Assembly: GCA_002633005.1 (NCBI GenBank)
Contig: NMRA01000490.1
Location: 106,170-170,169, forward strand
Origin: Phoronis australis
Lineage: Eukaryota; Animalia; Phoronida
DNA length: 64,000 nucleotides
Reading direction: 5' to 3'
Shown here piece after piece: positions 35,671-49,510 of this stretch; position 1 is the first letter of the stretch, and every line of letters begins with the position of its first letter. A model generated the notes under the pieces. That model had not been told where the DNA came from. It saw only the letters and a list, made by a program, of their open reading frames with translations, and did no database searches. Made by a program: the position numbers and the translations under genes.

Positions 35671-37238
35671 CTCTCGCAAATGACGGACATCTTGTACCGC
35701 ATTACAGACAATTAAAAGAAATACAATCTAATAATCTAATAATCATCTTTTACTTGTAGCACTCTCTTGCTTTTTACAAGAACAAATTCAGTTACTGACT
35801 GCTGAGCCAGTGACACATACTCATGTTCTGTAATTAACAAATTGATGTAAACGGGATTAATGTAATGGGATAATTTGCTACAACATAATCTTGTGAAGAG
35901 AGAACACTTTACTGTCAAAGCTGTCACAAAGGCCTACAACTGCTGGGTAAGATTAGCTGCATAATGACTTGACATCAACAGTGTTTTCATAATATGTTTT
36001 TTGTATAGAGCATTACAATACTATTTATATAATGGTTCACGCGCCTGTGTATTTCTTTTCTTCATTTATTGGTCCAGATGCAATGCTAATTTGGTTTCCT
36101 GTCTATTGAAAGTTCGGAAGCAGACTTATATTTTCGGTCTACCTCTTGACACAAACTCCATCAATCCATATGTTTAACAGACTGGGAGTCGGCTGCCTGT
36201 TGACAACTATTTTTGTATATAGACGTTTGTGTACGGTACATAAATGTTTTCACAAATTAATACCAGCTTATTTATCTGGTAATTTATTCTTGGTTTGAAA
36301 CAGCCACCAAATCAGGGCCAGATTTTCTTCTTGAAACAATTTTGTTGCCTCAAGACACAGAATTTCATTATACTTCAAGTCTTTTTTATTTCAGTCCACT
36401 GGCGAATGGAACAATCTATCAAATAGCCTGAAGAGGGCATATGGTTATGATGACTTCAGGCACTGACTGGCACTACTTACTTGTGATGTTGTCATCATAG
36501 CTGTTCCTCCCTTCGTTTCAGTCATTTGTCCTCTCTATAACTTATTGTAGATATCTTAAAGAAGTTTAAATTTACTTTTTAATTCAATTAGTAAATTTAA
36601 TTTGTAAATATTCATTTAATTTAATTGAACTTAACTTAATTTAACCTATTGCTGCACGAGGACCATACTGGATATTAGCCTTTGGCTAAATCATATTTAA
36701 AGTGTATTACATCAGTTTTTGGCCATAATAGAATAAAAAATGGACAATCGCCTGGCCTGTTTACTATTTCCTGTCGTTGTTGCACTAATTTCACTTCACA
36801 GGTGTAACCTGAAACTTGATGTCTGATTGTTTGTATCCTGATGTCTAATGAATAGACGAAACATCGAATTAATATGAACTTTTTCAATTGTACAGCGACT
36901 GTCCATTTGTGATTAAAGTGTATTGTATTTAATCCTCTATAAATAAAGTTTATTATTATCATTATCATAAGCCGTAATTCCTGGAAGCAATTTCTAGTTC
37001 TGTGTAATATGCTATGACGATCTTGCGCACTGGGATCTAGCACTCCCTGTGTTTCAATAACTTCAATAACTGGCATAAATTGATCTGAATGATAAGATGA
37101 ATATCTGGCTGCTAATTTGGGACCACAAATCCATGAATGCACCTTGAACTGTTACCAGTTAGGTAAAGAGAACTTAACTAGAGCCAAACAGATAGCCAGA
37201 TGATCTGTGCTGCTGAAATCTCCTTTTGGAATTGGTAT

Positions 37239-38216
37239 GTCAATCAGATAATTTGGAGCCCTGTCTTGTGCCACAAACAGTGGCGGATGAACCAACTGTT
37301 TGCCCCTTCCTAGCCAAATTCAAAGGGACTTAAAAGGATGCCATTAGCACAGTTTAGGCCTAGTAACAGACACTAAAACAATGCTCCCAAACAATGCTCT
37401 GGGACAAAATAATGCTCTGTAACCCTGAACAACAATTAAAGGTTTGGACGAAAATTTGAAAACTCCTTTCAAGTCCAGCATTTGCTAGTGTGATCAGTAC
37501 CTCTTAAGCAAATTCCATGGCAACTGTGGGGAAAGACCACCAACTAAGGACCATAACATCCAACCTGTGAGATAGTATGAATCCTTAGCTGATTCCTGAT
37601 TTTATTTTTTAAGATTGACACCAANATATCCGCATGAGCGAAGTCAATTATCCTCGCTCGTGACTCGATGAATAGAGCAGCTTGGCGGCATCCCTTTGAG
37701 CATGAGCCGAGCGCGTCTCAGCCAAGGTGGATAAATACGGTCTAGTTCAATTTTCCATACCCCGCCGTGTACCTTAAACACCGGGGTTAGAACCAATTTT
37801 ATTTAGTGGGAATGTTCATAGCATGGTCAATCAGATAATTTGGAGCCCTGTCTTGTGCCACAAACAGTGGCGGATGAACTCTTACCAACTGTTTGCCCCT
37901 TCCTAGCCAAATTCAAAGAGACTTAAAAGGATGCCATTAGCACAGTTTAGGCCTAGTAACAGACACTAAAACAATGCTCCCAAACAATGCTCTGGGACAA
38001 AATAATGCTCTGTAACCCTGAACAACAATTAAAGGTTTGGACGAAAATTTGAAAACTCCTTTCAAGTCCAGCATTTGCTAGTGTGATCAGTACCTCTTAA
38101 GCAAATTCCATGGCAACTGTGGGGAAAGACCACCAACTAAGGACCATAACATCCAACCTGTGAGATAGTATGAATCCTTAGCCGATTCCTGATTTTATTT
38201 TTTAAGATTGACACCA
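37239..38216. repeat. Near-identical ~385-bp direct duplication across an assembly gap (37239-37624 / ~37828-38217)
   Basis: The copies differ by two substitutions and a 6-nt indel. The first copy ends exactly at N37625. Confidence 0.9.
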
Positions 38217-38466
38217 ATGATGTATCAGCAGGTGACAGAACGATGATTGGTTTGGATTATCAAGACAGGGTTCAGTTAATTAGTATCCTTTTAAAGTAGA
38301 ATACTACCTCATTAGTTTTTGTTACTGTCTTAATCGGTCTATATCCACACCATCTCATATACGGTCTATCTCACTTTGCCAAATAGGTGTCGCGTTACCT
38401 TGTGAGAAAGATGGGTACATAACGCAGTGACGTCAGTGGTTCTTCTGCTGAGTGTGTGCTGCTACG

Positions 38467-38600
38467 ATGTGGTGTATCGTTCCTGCTTGTGCAAACCATG
38501 AAGCTGCAAGGAAAGTGGGTATCTTTTTCGGAAGTGGTTCCCGGCAGTAATGAATGAAAAGTATGCTGTTAAAACCAAGTACACTGTATGAGGCCATGAA
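38467..38600 (+). pseudogene. THAP zinc-finger relic (transposon-derived)
   Basis: MWCIVPACAN, then after a frameshift RKWFPAVMNEKYAVKTKYTV*GH. This resembles the THAP C-xx-P-x-C ... W ... V-C-xx-H-F pattern. Confidence 0.4.
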
Positions 38601-39629
38601 ATATCTCCGTGTCTGTGACAAGGAATTGTTCTGTTTCAAAATTAATTATTATCACCCCAAACCAATGTTTACATAAAACTGAAAAAAGTGTCCGTCTTAG
38701 TAGATAAAATTTGTAATGCTTTAGGAGTGTTCGTGAGTACAAATGTTTTGAGAAATCAACAATGAATAAGTCATTCTGGGTTACCCCGGCTTCAGATGCA
38801 ATAAAACTAATTGACTGCCATGTGAGCGCATGCTAATTCATTGTTTGCTGACAGAAAGCTGTTGTGAAACTATAACTCCATTTCATATGCTATGGTCGGA
38901 TGTTAGGGGAACCTTTATTTAGATGTATATATACGTTTAATTTATTTAAATCATGGTTATTGTACACCTTTTCCCTGTGGAAGAGTAGATTTTCAATTTC
39001 GCGGCGAATTCACCAAAACATTCACGTGCACATTATTTCTTGGGTTCACTAGTCTAGTCTTTTCGTGACTGCAAGTTAAGTTTTCAACTTTCGCAGCCGA
39101 CTAACCTGGTTTGCGTATGTTGGTATTGTCTCCAGTCGGGCCGCGACGGGCCTGATCGGGTTCCGAGCACTGTTTAGAACTGAAAAAAAAACACAAGTCT
39201 AAGATTACAACACACAAATATGCTCTCCTGTCTGTATTCCACAGATTAAGAATAATTTTAATTTATCACCGAACAGACTCCAATTTACTTCCAGCTACCC
39301 ACATAGGTAATTTCTATAACAGCGAAATAAAACAACTCATTTGTTTAACAACTCAATGTATTTGTAAGGATTTTACATCGAATTTTGATGATTTATTGGA
39401 GTAAAATTATGAACTCAAGTGATAAGCTGACAAGTAAGCTTCTTGTGAACTGCTGAGCAGACAGTGTTAGAACCTGCGAAGTCATTGATTAATTTCAGCA
39501 CCTCCGTCTGCCGTCAGGTAAAAGCCCTGAATTTGCTGTTATCAAGTGGAACTACTGGACCTAAATTGATACAAATTACATTATTTTTTGGTGGCATTCT
39601 CCTTTAGGCCTATGTAGGATCTAATGAAA

Positions 39630-40110
39630 GGTCTGTGCATTTTGCAAAATATTTAGAGAACCATAGACGTTAACTCAATAAAAGTATAAATTTTCTGAAA
39701 GTAGAAAGTCTGCAAAATTTGATTTTTGACTTTTTGCTACTCTGATATTAATTGGGTTATGCGATCATGACTTTTTAGAAAATTTAACAAAAAAGAAAGG
39801 TAAATTGATAACAAAACAAACATGATAAAATTTTATTTGATATAAATGATCATGGTGAAACATCAAAATTTCGGGTACAGTTTTCTAAAATACTATTCCA
39901 TTTTTATTTTATTCTAAATCAAAAATTTTCATGAAAATCATTAAAGAATGTTTTTGATAGCCCCTCGGAAGTAGAATTCCTAACAGCAGTTTAGAGAAAA
40001 GTGCATAAACCATCATGAATCTGAAAGTTCATATGACTAATCAACCATTTCTGAGATAGTATGATGTTCCGAAGTTGGCAAAATTTGACCATTTTTGGGA
40101 CATGCATAGC
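39630..40110. mobile_element. Copy 2 of the 8245-9190 repeat family
   Basis: Collinear similarity, including GAAAGTAGAAAGTCTG, TTTTTGATAGCCC, CTGAAAGTTTC and CCGAAGTT.GC.AA.TTG.CCATTTTT. Confidence 0.7.
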
Positions 40111-43109
40111 CTTAAAAAGAAAGGAAGCACTGCTAAATTTGCAGAAAAAAACACTATTTCATCTTTGCACTATGGTGTTACTTATAATACACCGACTTGT
40201 TAGACTTAAGCGTAAACAAACATCAAAAACTATTCTCTTATTGTAAAACTTTTGATCAATTCTTTCATTACACGATAATTGAGCTCGAGAAGTCTCAGCG
40301 GAATGCCCACAGCCACTTAAACGTACCCAACAGCCACTTGATTTTCATTTGTGTTGTCTGAGCACTGTTTCGCTGTACTTGTTGTTGTTCCAAAGGAGAC
40401 ATTGTAGATAATCTTCCTCCCTTGAGGCCCACATGCACGTATTACCAGCAGTATCATTTTTTTTTCATTAAAGCAATAATTTTCTTAAGAGTAATAGTTC
40501 TTTTCTCACACAAATGGCAATTCAATTCATTGCTCATAAAATGAACTGCGTACTTTTTCTCCCCAACAATTATACATTCATAGGGCTTCTCACACTGCTT
40601 TCTCACTGACCAAACCTTCAGATAAGCAACGGTTACCCTAGTAATTTGCCAGCTTTCCCACTGACAGAACCAGATTAACAGCCATAGCAGTAAATATCTA
40701 AGATTGATTGGGTTAAGACCACAGATGGCGTTTGAAACGAGACCCTGATGAAGATGAAGCCAAAATTGAGTCGAATGAGGCAATCAATCATTAGTTGTGC
40801 TGGAATTTGACGGAGATTTCATGAACATTTTGTTTCTAAGAGAGTCATTCTTTTTTCCTTAGAGCAATCTTAATGCGTAGAATTCGTACTATTTCGAGCT
40901 AATATTCCATCATTAAATGGCGCTTTGTTCAGTACTTAATACACAAGCACAGTAAGTCTCCATTTACTTCACACAAAAATAATGTCATTTTCATTTTTTC
41001 AAAGTCAGATTACTTTGCAACAAATAACGGAAATCTTACACAGTACAAATGTAAATCTTTCTTTGAAATAACCTATATTTATACTGCGAAATTTGACAAA
41101 AACGGAATTTCAGGCCATTTAAATGAGTGAAGTATAACTAATGTAATCGTAGTGCAAAAATTGTACACGAATTAGCAAGAAAGTTTTAAACCATGATGTT
41201 CAAAAACACTTGATTGAATTTTTGAAAAAATTCAATTTAAGGTGTCTCTTGAATGTTTTTAACAATGGCGTAGTGTAACTGTTGCGATTGGATAAACTGA
41301 CAACCCTCAATTTGCTGGGATTTGAAGTACAAATTGGGCTAGTTTTTCGTAGTGACAATTCGTGGTCTATCAGTTTGTGGTACGAACCATTGTAACCCTC
41401 GGATGTGAAATCTTTTGACTGATGGAACTCATCCTGTGTTCGTGAATGGGACGGAAAGAGTATCTTTAACACTCGAAATCGTCACCACAGTTTGATTATA
41501 TTGCAACAATTTGTGCTTGGAAGGTCTGTACAAACTGTCTCAACTTGTGGGCTTCAGCAGTTTGCGTAATCCCACCAACTTGTTGCAACAAAACCTAGAA
41601 TAGTCTGTGTAGCTGTGGTCCAACAGTGTCAGTGACATAACATGGCTGTGTTTCATAGCAGTAATGACTTTAAGGGAACTGTGAAATTTAGGTTTCCACG
41701 TCACAAAGTTTACACCCTCATTCTGGGCTTGGTTATTCAGAATATGTAGAGGGTAATAAAATGATTATCTAGTCATCCAGGGCCATAAACCCTTTGTTAA
41801 GCTGCGTTTCATTACACAGTTGTATGACGGAGAGCAAGGTTCATAAAGAACGTTCACTGACCTTGCATTTCAGTTTCAAAAGGTCTGTTGCCATGTGAAC
41901 TGACACCCATGCTTTACAACCTTCCGCAAAATTTTAAGTCACTATATAGACTAGTTACCCCCTCCAATCCCAGCTGCACCTCACGTCTCAAGTCAAATAG
42001 CAGGAATATCGGCCCTTGTTAAAGTTACATTTCACCTTGTTTACCTGACAAGAAACAAAAAATCTAATTTGCAGCTTTTTACTCTCAAAAAGATCAGTCT
42101 CATAATATTCATTGCAGCGATAGGATTCCTGGTTTCCATTACCAAAAACAATATCAACCACCAATGATTAAAAAAACGCTTCTGAGCTTATTGGAGTTGG
42201 TCAACCCTATAATTGCAAATTTGAAAATGACACGGATGCATTGCCTGTGACCCGAGTAGCTAGCTGATTTGCCAACAACTAAGAACAGGGCAGATGTGGT
42301 AATGTTTTTAAAACCCAAAGCGATTCAGTTAAGAATTCAACACTGACAGCTAAATGAGGACCAAATAGAGCTTTAAGTGCTTTGCTTTCAGGATATTGTC
42401 CACTAGGCTTGATTGACAAATGTCAGGTACAGTTCAATGATTACTGTAAACCGATCCTGGTTTAGAAATTGCAGTGGGGCAGCCTTCTGATAACAGAGAT
42501 AACTTGTGATGAAAAAAAAGAGAAATTAATTATCAACCAGAAAAAAGTACATATACAGTAACACAGCAACATACATGTACTGTTGAGCTTAGTGCAAACT
42601 AATGAAAGGAAGGTAACAGGAGTATGAAACTTATTGTATGTGAAGGTATTGATCAGCCAATGGCTCGGAATCTCGTATTTTTAAAAATATTGCACTCCAG
42701 CATTTCACAAATGACAATTTTTGATCCTGAGCTTCAGTTGAGCACATGCGGTGATCCGTTGCACGCAACCGCAGATGCAGATGACAGTGAAGTGTGAAAT
42801 GTGGATTGAATACATCCCTTTGTCAAAAGATTTGATAGCATCTCATAACTGTGTATCATGTCAAACTCCCTCCAACAACACATACCTGTCCACTTGCGAT
42901 ACAGTAGTTTTAAAAAAGCTGCTATCTTCTCATGTCAAAAATGCATTGCCTAAAACTCAGTTCATTTCTCAGTTTGCTCCGGCTTCCAGACAGGGGTTGA
43001 GAACATCACAATATCTCAATCGGCCTAGGGTTAACATTGACATTCATCAATCATTTCCAACACAAATTCCCTGTCAGATGGACAGAAGTGTGGCTTACAT
43101 TATGCACGC

Positions 43110-43241
43110 AAACAAACAAGCGAGTAACACATCACATCAACACTAGAACTAATGAAACAAACAAGCGAGTAACACATCACATCAACACTAGAACTAATGA
43201 AACAAACAAGCGAGTAACATATCACATCAACACTAGAACTA
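43110..43241. repeat. Minisatellite, 3 x 45 bp
   Basis: AAACAAACAAGCGAGTAACACATCACATCAACACTAGAACTAATG repeated. Confidence 0.9.
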
Positions 43242-43400
43242 TGTTGCTATGCTGCCACTGACTAAAGCAGTTCTAAACACACCATCCTTCAAAAACAAAC
43301 TTTTGATTTAGGGCACTCACAGTTATAAAACTTGCATCACGCTGTCCCTTACTCAATTTAGAGAGGCTTCCTTAAGGCTTAGGAAGAACTGACACTGTCA

Positions 43401-43540
43401 TTTAGGACTTAGATAGTGCAACTAGTCAGCATAGTGGCTAATAGAATTTAGGACTCAGGTTATGCACCCAGTCAGCATAGTGGCTTTGAATTTAGGATTT
43501 AGACTGTGCAACTAGTCAGCATAGTGGCTTAGAATTTTGC
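43401..43540. repeat. Minisatellite, 3 x ~43 bp
   Basis: TTTAGGA...TGCA.C.AGTCAGCATAGTGGCT...GAAT repeated. Confidence 0.85.
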
Positions 43541-46500
43541 AGATGGTTGTAAATCATGAGTGTTGTTCACCAACAACAGGCCTTGTGAAATTGGCCTGCA
43601 ACTTTGTGTGATGAGTTCTTTGTGAACCCTGCTCTTAGTCATACAACTGTCCCAGTTGGACATTGTGCCGACTAAACACAGCTTAAGATTGGGTTTATGG
43701 TCCAGGCTGAGAAGATATTTTTTATTACCCCCTATGGATTGTTGAGCCCAAAATGATCGCTTGAAATCAGACCACAAGTTGGCTTGCCATGTCGGGTTGT
43801 TTTATGCGCAGAGCATGCATGGTTTCAAGCACTTTCAGTCTGAATTGTCAGTTATTTTTTTAGCCCCGAAATCATTTCTTATAAGTCAAGTGAGCAGCAG
43901 TTTGTAGACTACATATATGTATTTTTACCCTGATCATTCACCTGTGCCTTCAGACAGCTCCTTGACAAATGCTATCGCCCAATCGTAATTTAGTGGAAAT
44001 AATTACATGCTGATAACTTTCCTTATAGGTAAACCCTTTGAAATCAATTTAATTTGACAAGCAGGGAGCACCTAAGTAGTGAAAATGTACTGCTGATTGC
44101 AACCAAGTTCTAATCCAGTTCCTATAATCGCTCAATTAACTTAGTTGGTGGTTATGAATGATAAACAAGTTCAGACACCTCTAGGTATAGCAAGTGAAAA
44201 CCTGGAGGGGTCCGGGGGGGGGGGGGGGGGNTACGTAGGTTAAAGATGGTTGGCAGAAACAATTCCCCCCCATCAGCTTAATAGGATGGGTGTCAATAAA
44301 CATTGCCCCTGAGCAATGTCAATTAACTTTAATTTTGCCTGTTAATTCTCACTAATAACTTTGAAATTCAAAGCAAAACTTACAAACTAGGAGCAAATCG
44401 CTGGATTAAAACAAAACTGAAACTTGTTACTTTACAGCATTTCTTTGCTACGTGTTTCATACGGCACAAACATAAACTGGCATAACTAGGTGCATTTTGT
44501 CCCTAGCTTGTTGTGCTAATTAGAACTCTATAGAGAGAGTACAAGTGCAAAGACCTCTTAATCTTAGTCACTAAAAGACCAAAGTCTTGAAGACAGCCTT
44601 GAGAATAGGTTATTAAGTGCTTGATAAAGAAGGAAAGCTTATTCAAAACAGTGCAATGTTGACAGTGGATGGTGAGTGTTGACAGTGAGTGTTAATGGAT
44701 CATGTGTACACCATCTATATCCTACTGACTTGCTAAGCTGCATTGTGAGCAGAAGCTCTCAAGAGTGTATTCAAAGATTACAGGGTGGGTAGCAATTAAT
44801 ATCCATGTACAACATTCGCATACTAGTTACCATGGTTACAAAAGTTACTAAGAAAATCCTGAATAGCAACAGCAATCTCTCCATTAAGGTATAATGACAA
44901 TGGACAAAACAAATACACGAGACTTGTTTGAATCAACTAAATGTGGAATAATTCAATCAATAGCTTCTTTTCCACCAATTACTGTATGAGTGTCTTCAGT
45001 ATTGCATTATTATCAATATGTAGTGATAGGATGAATGCAATATCACACATTTTAAAATTACGTAACTGCCTAAATGAGAGTAACACTCAGATGAAATAGA
45101 ATGAAAAACAATTACAGTGATCGGTAAAATTAAATCAAGAATGAAAAATACATTGATAAGAAGGGAAGCTCTTGAAGACTATAATGACGAGTGGTACGGC
45201 GACGACTAGTATGGAAACCATGACGATTAGAATCTTGTCTATTCCACACCACTTTGTTCTTCAGATCTATACCAGAACAGTGTGAGCGTTATACAACTCT
45301 CAATATCATGAACACTGATCAAAGTTCCTTTTGAGAGGAACAGAGCAATTTAAGTCCATTGGAGATGACTTGCAATAACACATTGGCTGAAATCAATTAC
45401 CCGGTACACTTTATTTGTGAAGTGAAACTGGTGATTTTTTAACTGCTTGGTTTCTGAAATTGAGTTCTTCGTGAAATGAGAAGTTAGGATACTTTTTTGC
45501 AAAGAAATGGTTAAAAATTGGCTTATGGTTATAAGTTGTGTTAACAAATTACACCATCACTATGATGGGGATCACCTGCAGACAGTGCCCTTGTGTTTTC
45601 CAATGTAATAAACCTAATCTGGTTGGAAATAATTACAGGGGCAGTACTTTCTAACAGAGGTTTGTTTACACACTCAATTAACTTGGGCATGTCTTTATGA
45701 ATACATTTGACTGGCTACTTCAGGCTGGAGTAAAGCACCTTGCCTAGGCTAGTCTTGGTGTAGCAAGGTCTGTAAACGCTGTTCTTGTGGCATCTAAAAC
45801 AATTTTTGATTCAGTTTGTTGATCAGTGTTCTCAGTCAGCATGTGTTCAACTTGAAGTGACATGAATATAAGTGGGGAAAAATGTTCTTCTGAGATGAGC
45901 CCTTGAACATGGCATTGGAACCATAATCCCAGAGCTAAAACCCCAGTTGTTGAATGGCGGAGTATTTGAAGCAGTTTTAACTGGTAGTGTACCAATCTTG
46001 ACTTGAGTGAATGTCTGGCAGACAAAAGCAAGAATTGGCGATTTGAAGTAAAATCACAAAACAAAGGATTTTTTGTCTGGTCAATTATAATAACTTCAAA
46101 AAGTCTGACAATACAAAAACCTGCATGAGGGGATACCAAAGCAGTATTTTTATGATTTTCATGAAAAAACTCAAGTTGCACCAAACAACGGAATGATATT
46201 TTAGAAAACAGTAACAGCGCTTTTTGAGATCACATATGTCTTGAAGGTTCATACAAAATAGAATTTTATTATGTTTTTCATACTCTAACGGTTGTTTTGC
46301 TATCAATGTACCATCCTTTTTTGCCGAAGGGTGGCTTGGCTTGTGAACACCACCACCTATCAGAGTGATCGCAATACCCACAAAGAGTACAGCGAAATCT
46401 GAATGGGGGAGCACAACATGAATTTGTCGCAGGTCCTCTCAGGGGACGCATAAATGACTACGTGATGAGACTTCAAACACTACCTGCTGCCGCACACTAC

Positions 46501-49418
46501 CAGCATGTTTGAGCTTTGCTGCAATCTAAAAGTTATGGGGATGGGTTGAATGACTAGCAATGAATGCATAGCCTTAATTAAGTCATAAAAAATCCTTAAC
46601 TTCAAACTAGAATTAATCATTGTCATTCACGGAGTCAAATCTAGCAACAGAGGTAATCAATACACTTCACTGGATCCATGGTGTTCATCATATAATTAGA
46701 AATGTCATCTTGTAATAACGAAAAGGTTCCAAAATGTGGTGCTGTATTCAGTTAAAATCAAATCATAGATTTTCCACCTTGTTGCAATTGACTTGTGTCT
46801 TATTGGAATTTCATAAAAAACTAAATAATTAATCACGTCAGTAATTGGGTGAAATCCCCTTAGACTACCGTCAACCTTTGAATTTTGCTGTTTACTGCAA
46901 TTCACTTTCAAATAAACACTCTGTATTGCAGAATGCATCTTTGATGCAATTGCGTAGAAACAAGAAACTCACAAAAAGCTTGGTCACAAAGACCATGCAG
47001 CTGAGTCAAATCAAGAGTTTTGCGAGTGTGCGAGACACCCCAGCAAAAAGCGGCCTCATAAGTGATTGGTCAGTGACTTTAGAATGTTTAATTATGGGAT
47101 AGAATTTACCGTTTCGGTTTCATAATTAGAGATTTCTAGCCACAAGTGCTTCACAACTTGTCTTTTGTGGATGGAATGCACCTCAGTGCTCATGTATTTC
47201 TGACAAAGCACCCTAAGAATTAGCTAGGTGATTTAAAAGCTCTGGAACCTAGCTGTGTTGCAATCCCCGCTTTTTGCCAATTTCAAGACAGAGGCTAAGT
47301 ACAAATGTGCAGAGAAGTCAAACTAGATGTTCAAGCTTTGAATTGCTGCATATCCGAATTTCCCGATCACCCTGTAAATGTGCATTTATGTGTACTCTGG
47401 GGTAACACTGGCAGTGATGTACAGGATAAAGGTATTTATGGAAGGTGAATACCTATCAGACTAATAAGTCAGGCAAGGTTATTACCAGTTATGCTCATGT
47501 GCTGTTACAGTACAGAAACCTGAAGATTAGGACGGAAATTACATAAAGGAAAGAAATTACCTGAAGATAAAAGGACAGAAGTCACCGGGCATACAAGGCA
47601 AAACTTAGCAGGTAATGTTTGGAGAAGGTTAACCCTCATCTAGCAATGATACCAACAGGCATTCAAACTTAACAAATGTCCTCTGGTAAGACTAGAAAAA
47701 TTTGGACTGCGGTGTAACTCTATCACTCAGATAGACTCTCAAGTTTGGACATACATCAGACGAATTGCATGTCCTATTGAGTGGTTGGAGCTCAGTGCAG
47801 ATGAGGCTCCAGTTGTAGGAATAACCACGCACATCTTCTTAAGGGTCAATACATTGAATTTTGGATATTTGACATTTTCAAATTTTCATATTGTCTAAAA
47901 CATTTGATTATTTAATTACATTTTCGTGACAAATGAAATTGACTGGAAAGGCACACAGCAGTCATTTTAACCACATCTCTGAAACTTCCAATTCCTACAG
48001 GTCTACTTAATGAGGCTTGAACTGGTAGCTTGACACCGTACGTATCCAGAAGCTTAGATCACAAATTATGACACCACCATACAAAGCCCCCCCACTTATT
48101 GCATTTGGGTCTGGGAAACACTCAGATTTTAAGAAAAAAGCTCAAATGTTGCAATACACCAACTGAAAAGAGGGTTGTTTTTCAACAGAAAGCACCCTCT
48201 GGTGTCTTTTTACTATGTTCAGTTTGAAAAGTGGAGCATTACATGCACTGATTTTCAGTGAAAGTTGACCAAAAGTAGCATGTGATGATAACTGCAAAAC
48301 TTTCAACAATTTCATCTCAGTTCATTATTTCACAGTAGTGGCAAATTCTCAGCTATCTTTTGATCAATTTTTACGAAATAAAAAATTGAAATCTAATACA
48401 AATGAACTTCAAATCCGTGCCAGGGATTTTATTTAAATTGATTTTAACAAGTTATTTTGATATGAAGTTAGAATTTGGACTTAATGCCAAATCTCAAAAA
48501 CAAAGTCCAAAAAACTGCTAAGTGATGATGGCTTTATGGTCATAATTGTGTATTGGTGACTTGAATACGACTATTGGAAGACTTTGAAATCTGTAACAAC
48601 ATTTTTTTGGAAAAACCATCAAGAAAAAAACAAATTTCTTTGCCTTTTCTCATGTTATGGGTCATATTTAAGACAAAATATATTAAAGTTTGCGCATGTT
48701 AAAGAGGAACATGGAAAAACAAACCATGTATCTACTTCCCACAGACACGTTATCATGCGTCCCTATAGTAACATGGTATAGGTGAATCATCATTTGTTGT
48801 TAATTGCAATTCTTGAATTTGGAACCGCAAATATGGTCTGTTTCTAAAATTTTGATTCAAGCTCAGACCTTGACCAAAATTCTACTGCCCCTAATTGGAG
48901 AATTTTTACTATAGTACATAGAACCTGGAATAAGAAAATTGACAAGGGGTTGTGTTGGATCATCAAAACAAAAGTTGTTGGCCATAATTATATTTATTAC
49001 TCCCGACTAAACCATGCTGTAAACATTCCCTTTAAACGAGATAAGAATGGATATCGAGAAATCTCTTGAATTTTTCCAATGTCACCTGATCAGCTGAACC
49101 CAGTTCTACCCACATTCCATTCACAATAGGGGGACTAGTCATCAATGGATTGACTCTATTCACTAGGTCACATATTGAAAGTAATAACTGTTTCTTATTA
49201 GATTATATTTTAATGGAAAACTTGAAAGTGTGTATTTTTCATTTTCTGTCTGGGACATGAACACCTATGGAAACCATGGAATCTGAATGGAGGAGTAAAA
49301 GCCTGGCTAGGCTATGTGGGTTTTTGAATTTTTGAAATTAGTGAAAAATAGTGAATAGCAATTTTGTGAGCAAAAAAACCCAAAACCCAAATCTTGAACT
49401 ATTTATTGGAAAGTAGCT

Positions 49419-49510
49419 TATAACCCCACCCCCAGCTGCTATATAACCCCACCCCCAGCTGCTATATAACCCCACCGCCAGCTGCTATGTAACCCCACCC
49501 CCAGCTGTTA
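49419..49510. repeat. Minisatellite, 4 x ~23 bp (TATAACCCCACCCCCAGCTGCTA)
   Basis: Directly visible. Confidence 0.9.

Noticed and set aside
44214-44231. Poly-G run as a G-quadruplex element
   Set aside because: It ends at an N gap, so its length and context are unreliable.
46278-46451. Minus-strand 57-aa Cys-rich ORF with FRCTLCGYCDHSD, resembling a TnpB/Fanzor zinc ribbon
   Set aside because: No upstream CxxC or RuvC motifs, no D.NAA.NI continuation, and the ORF is tiny. Probably chance.
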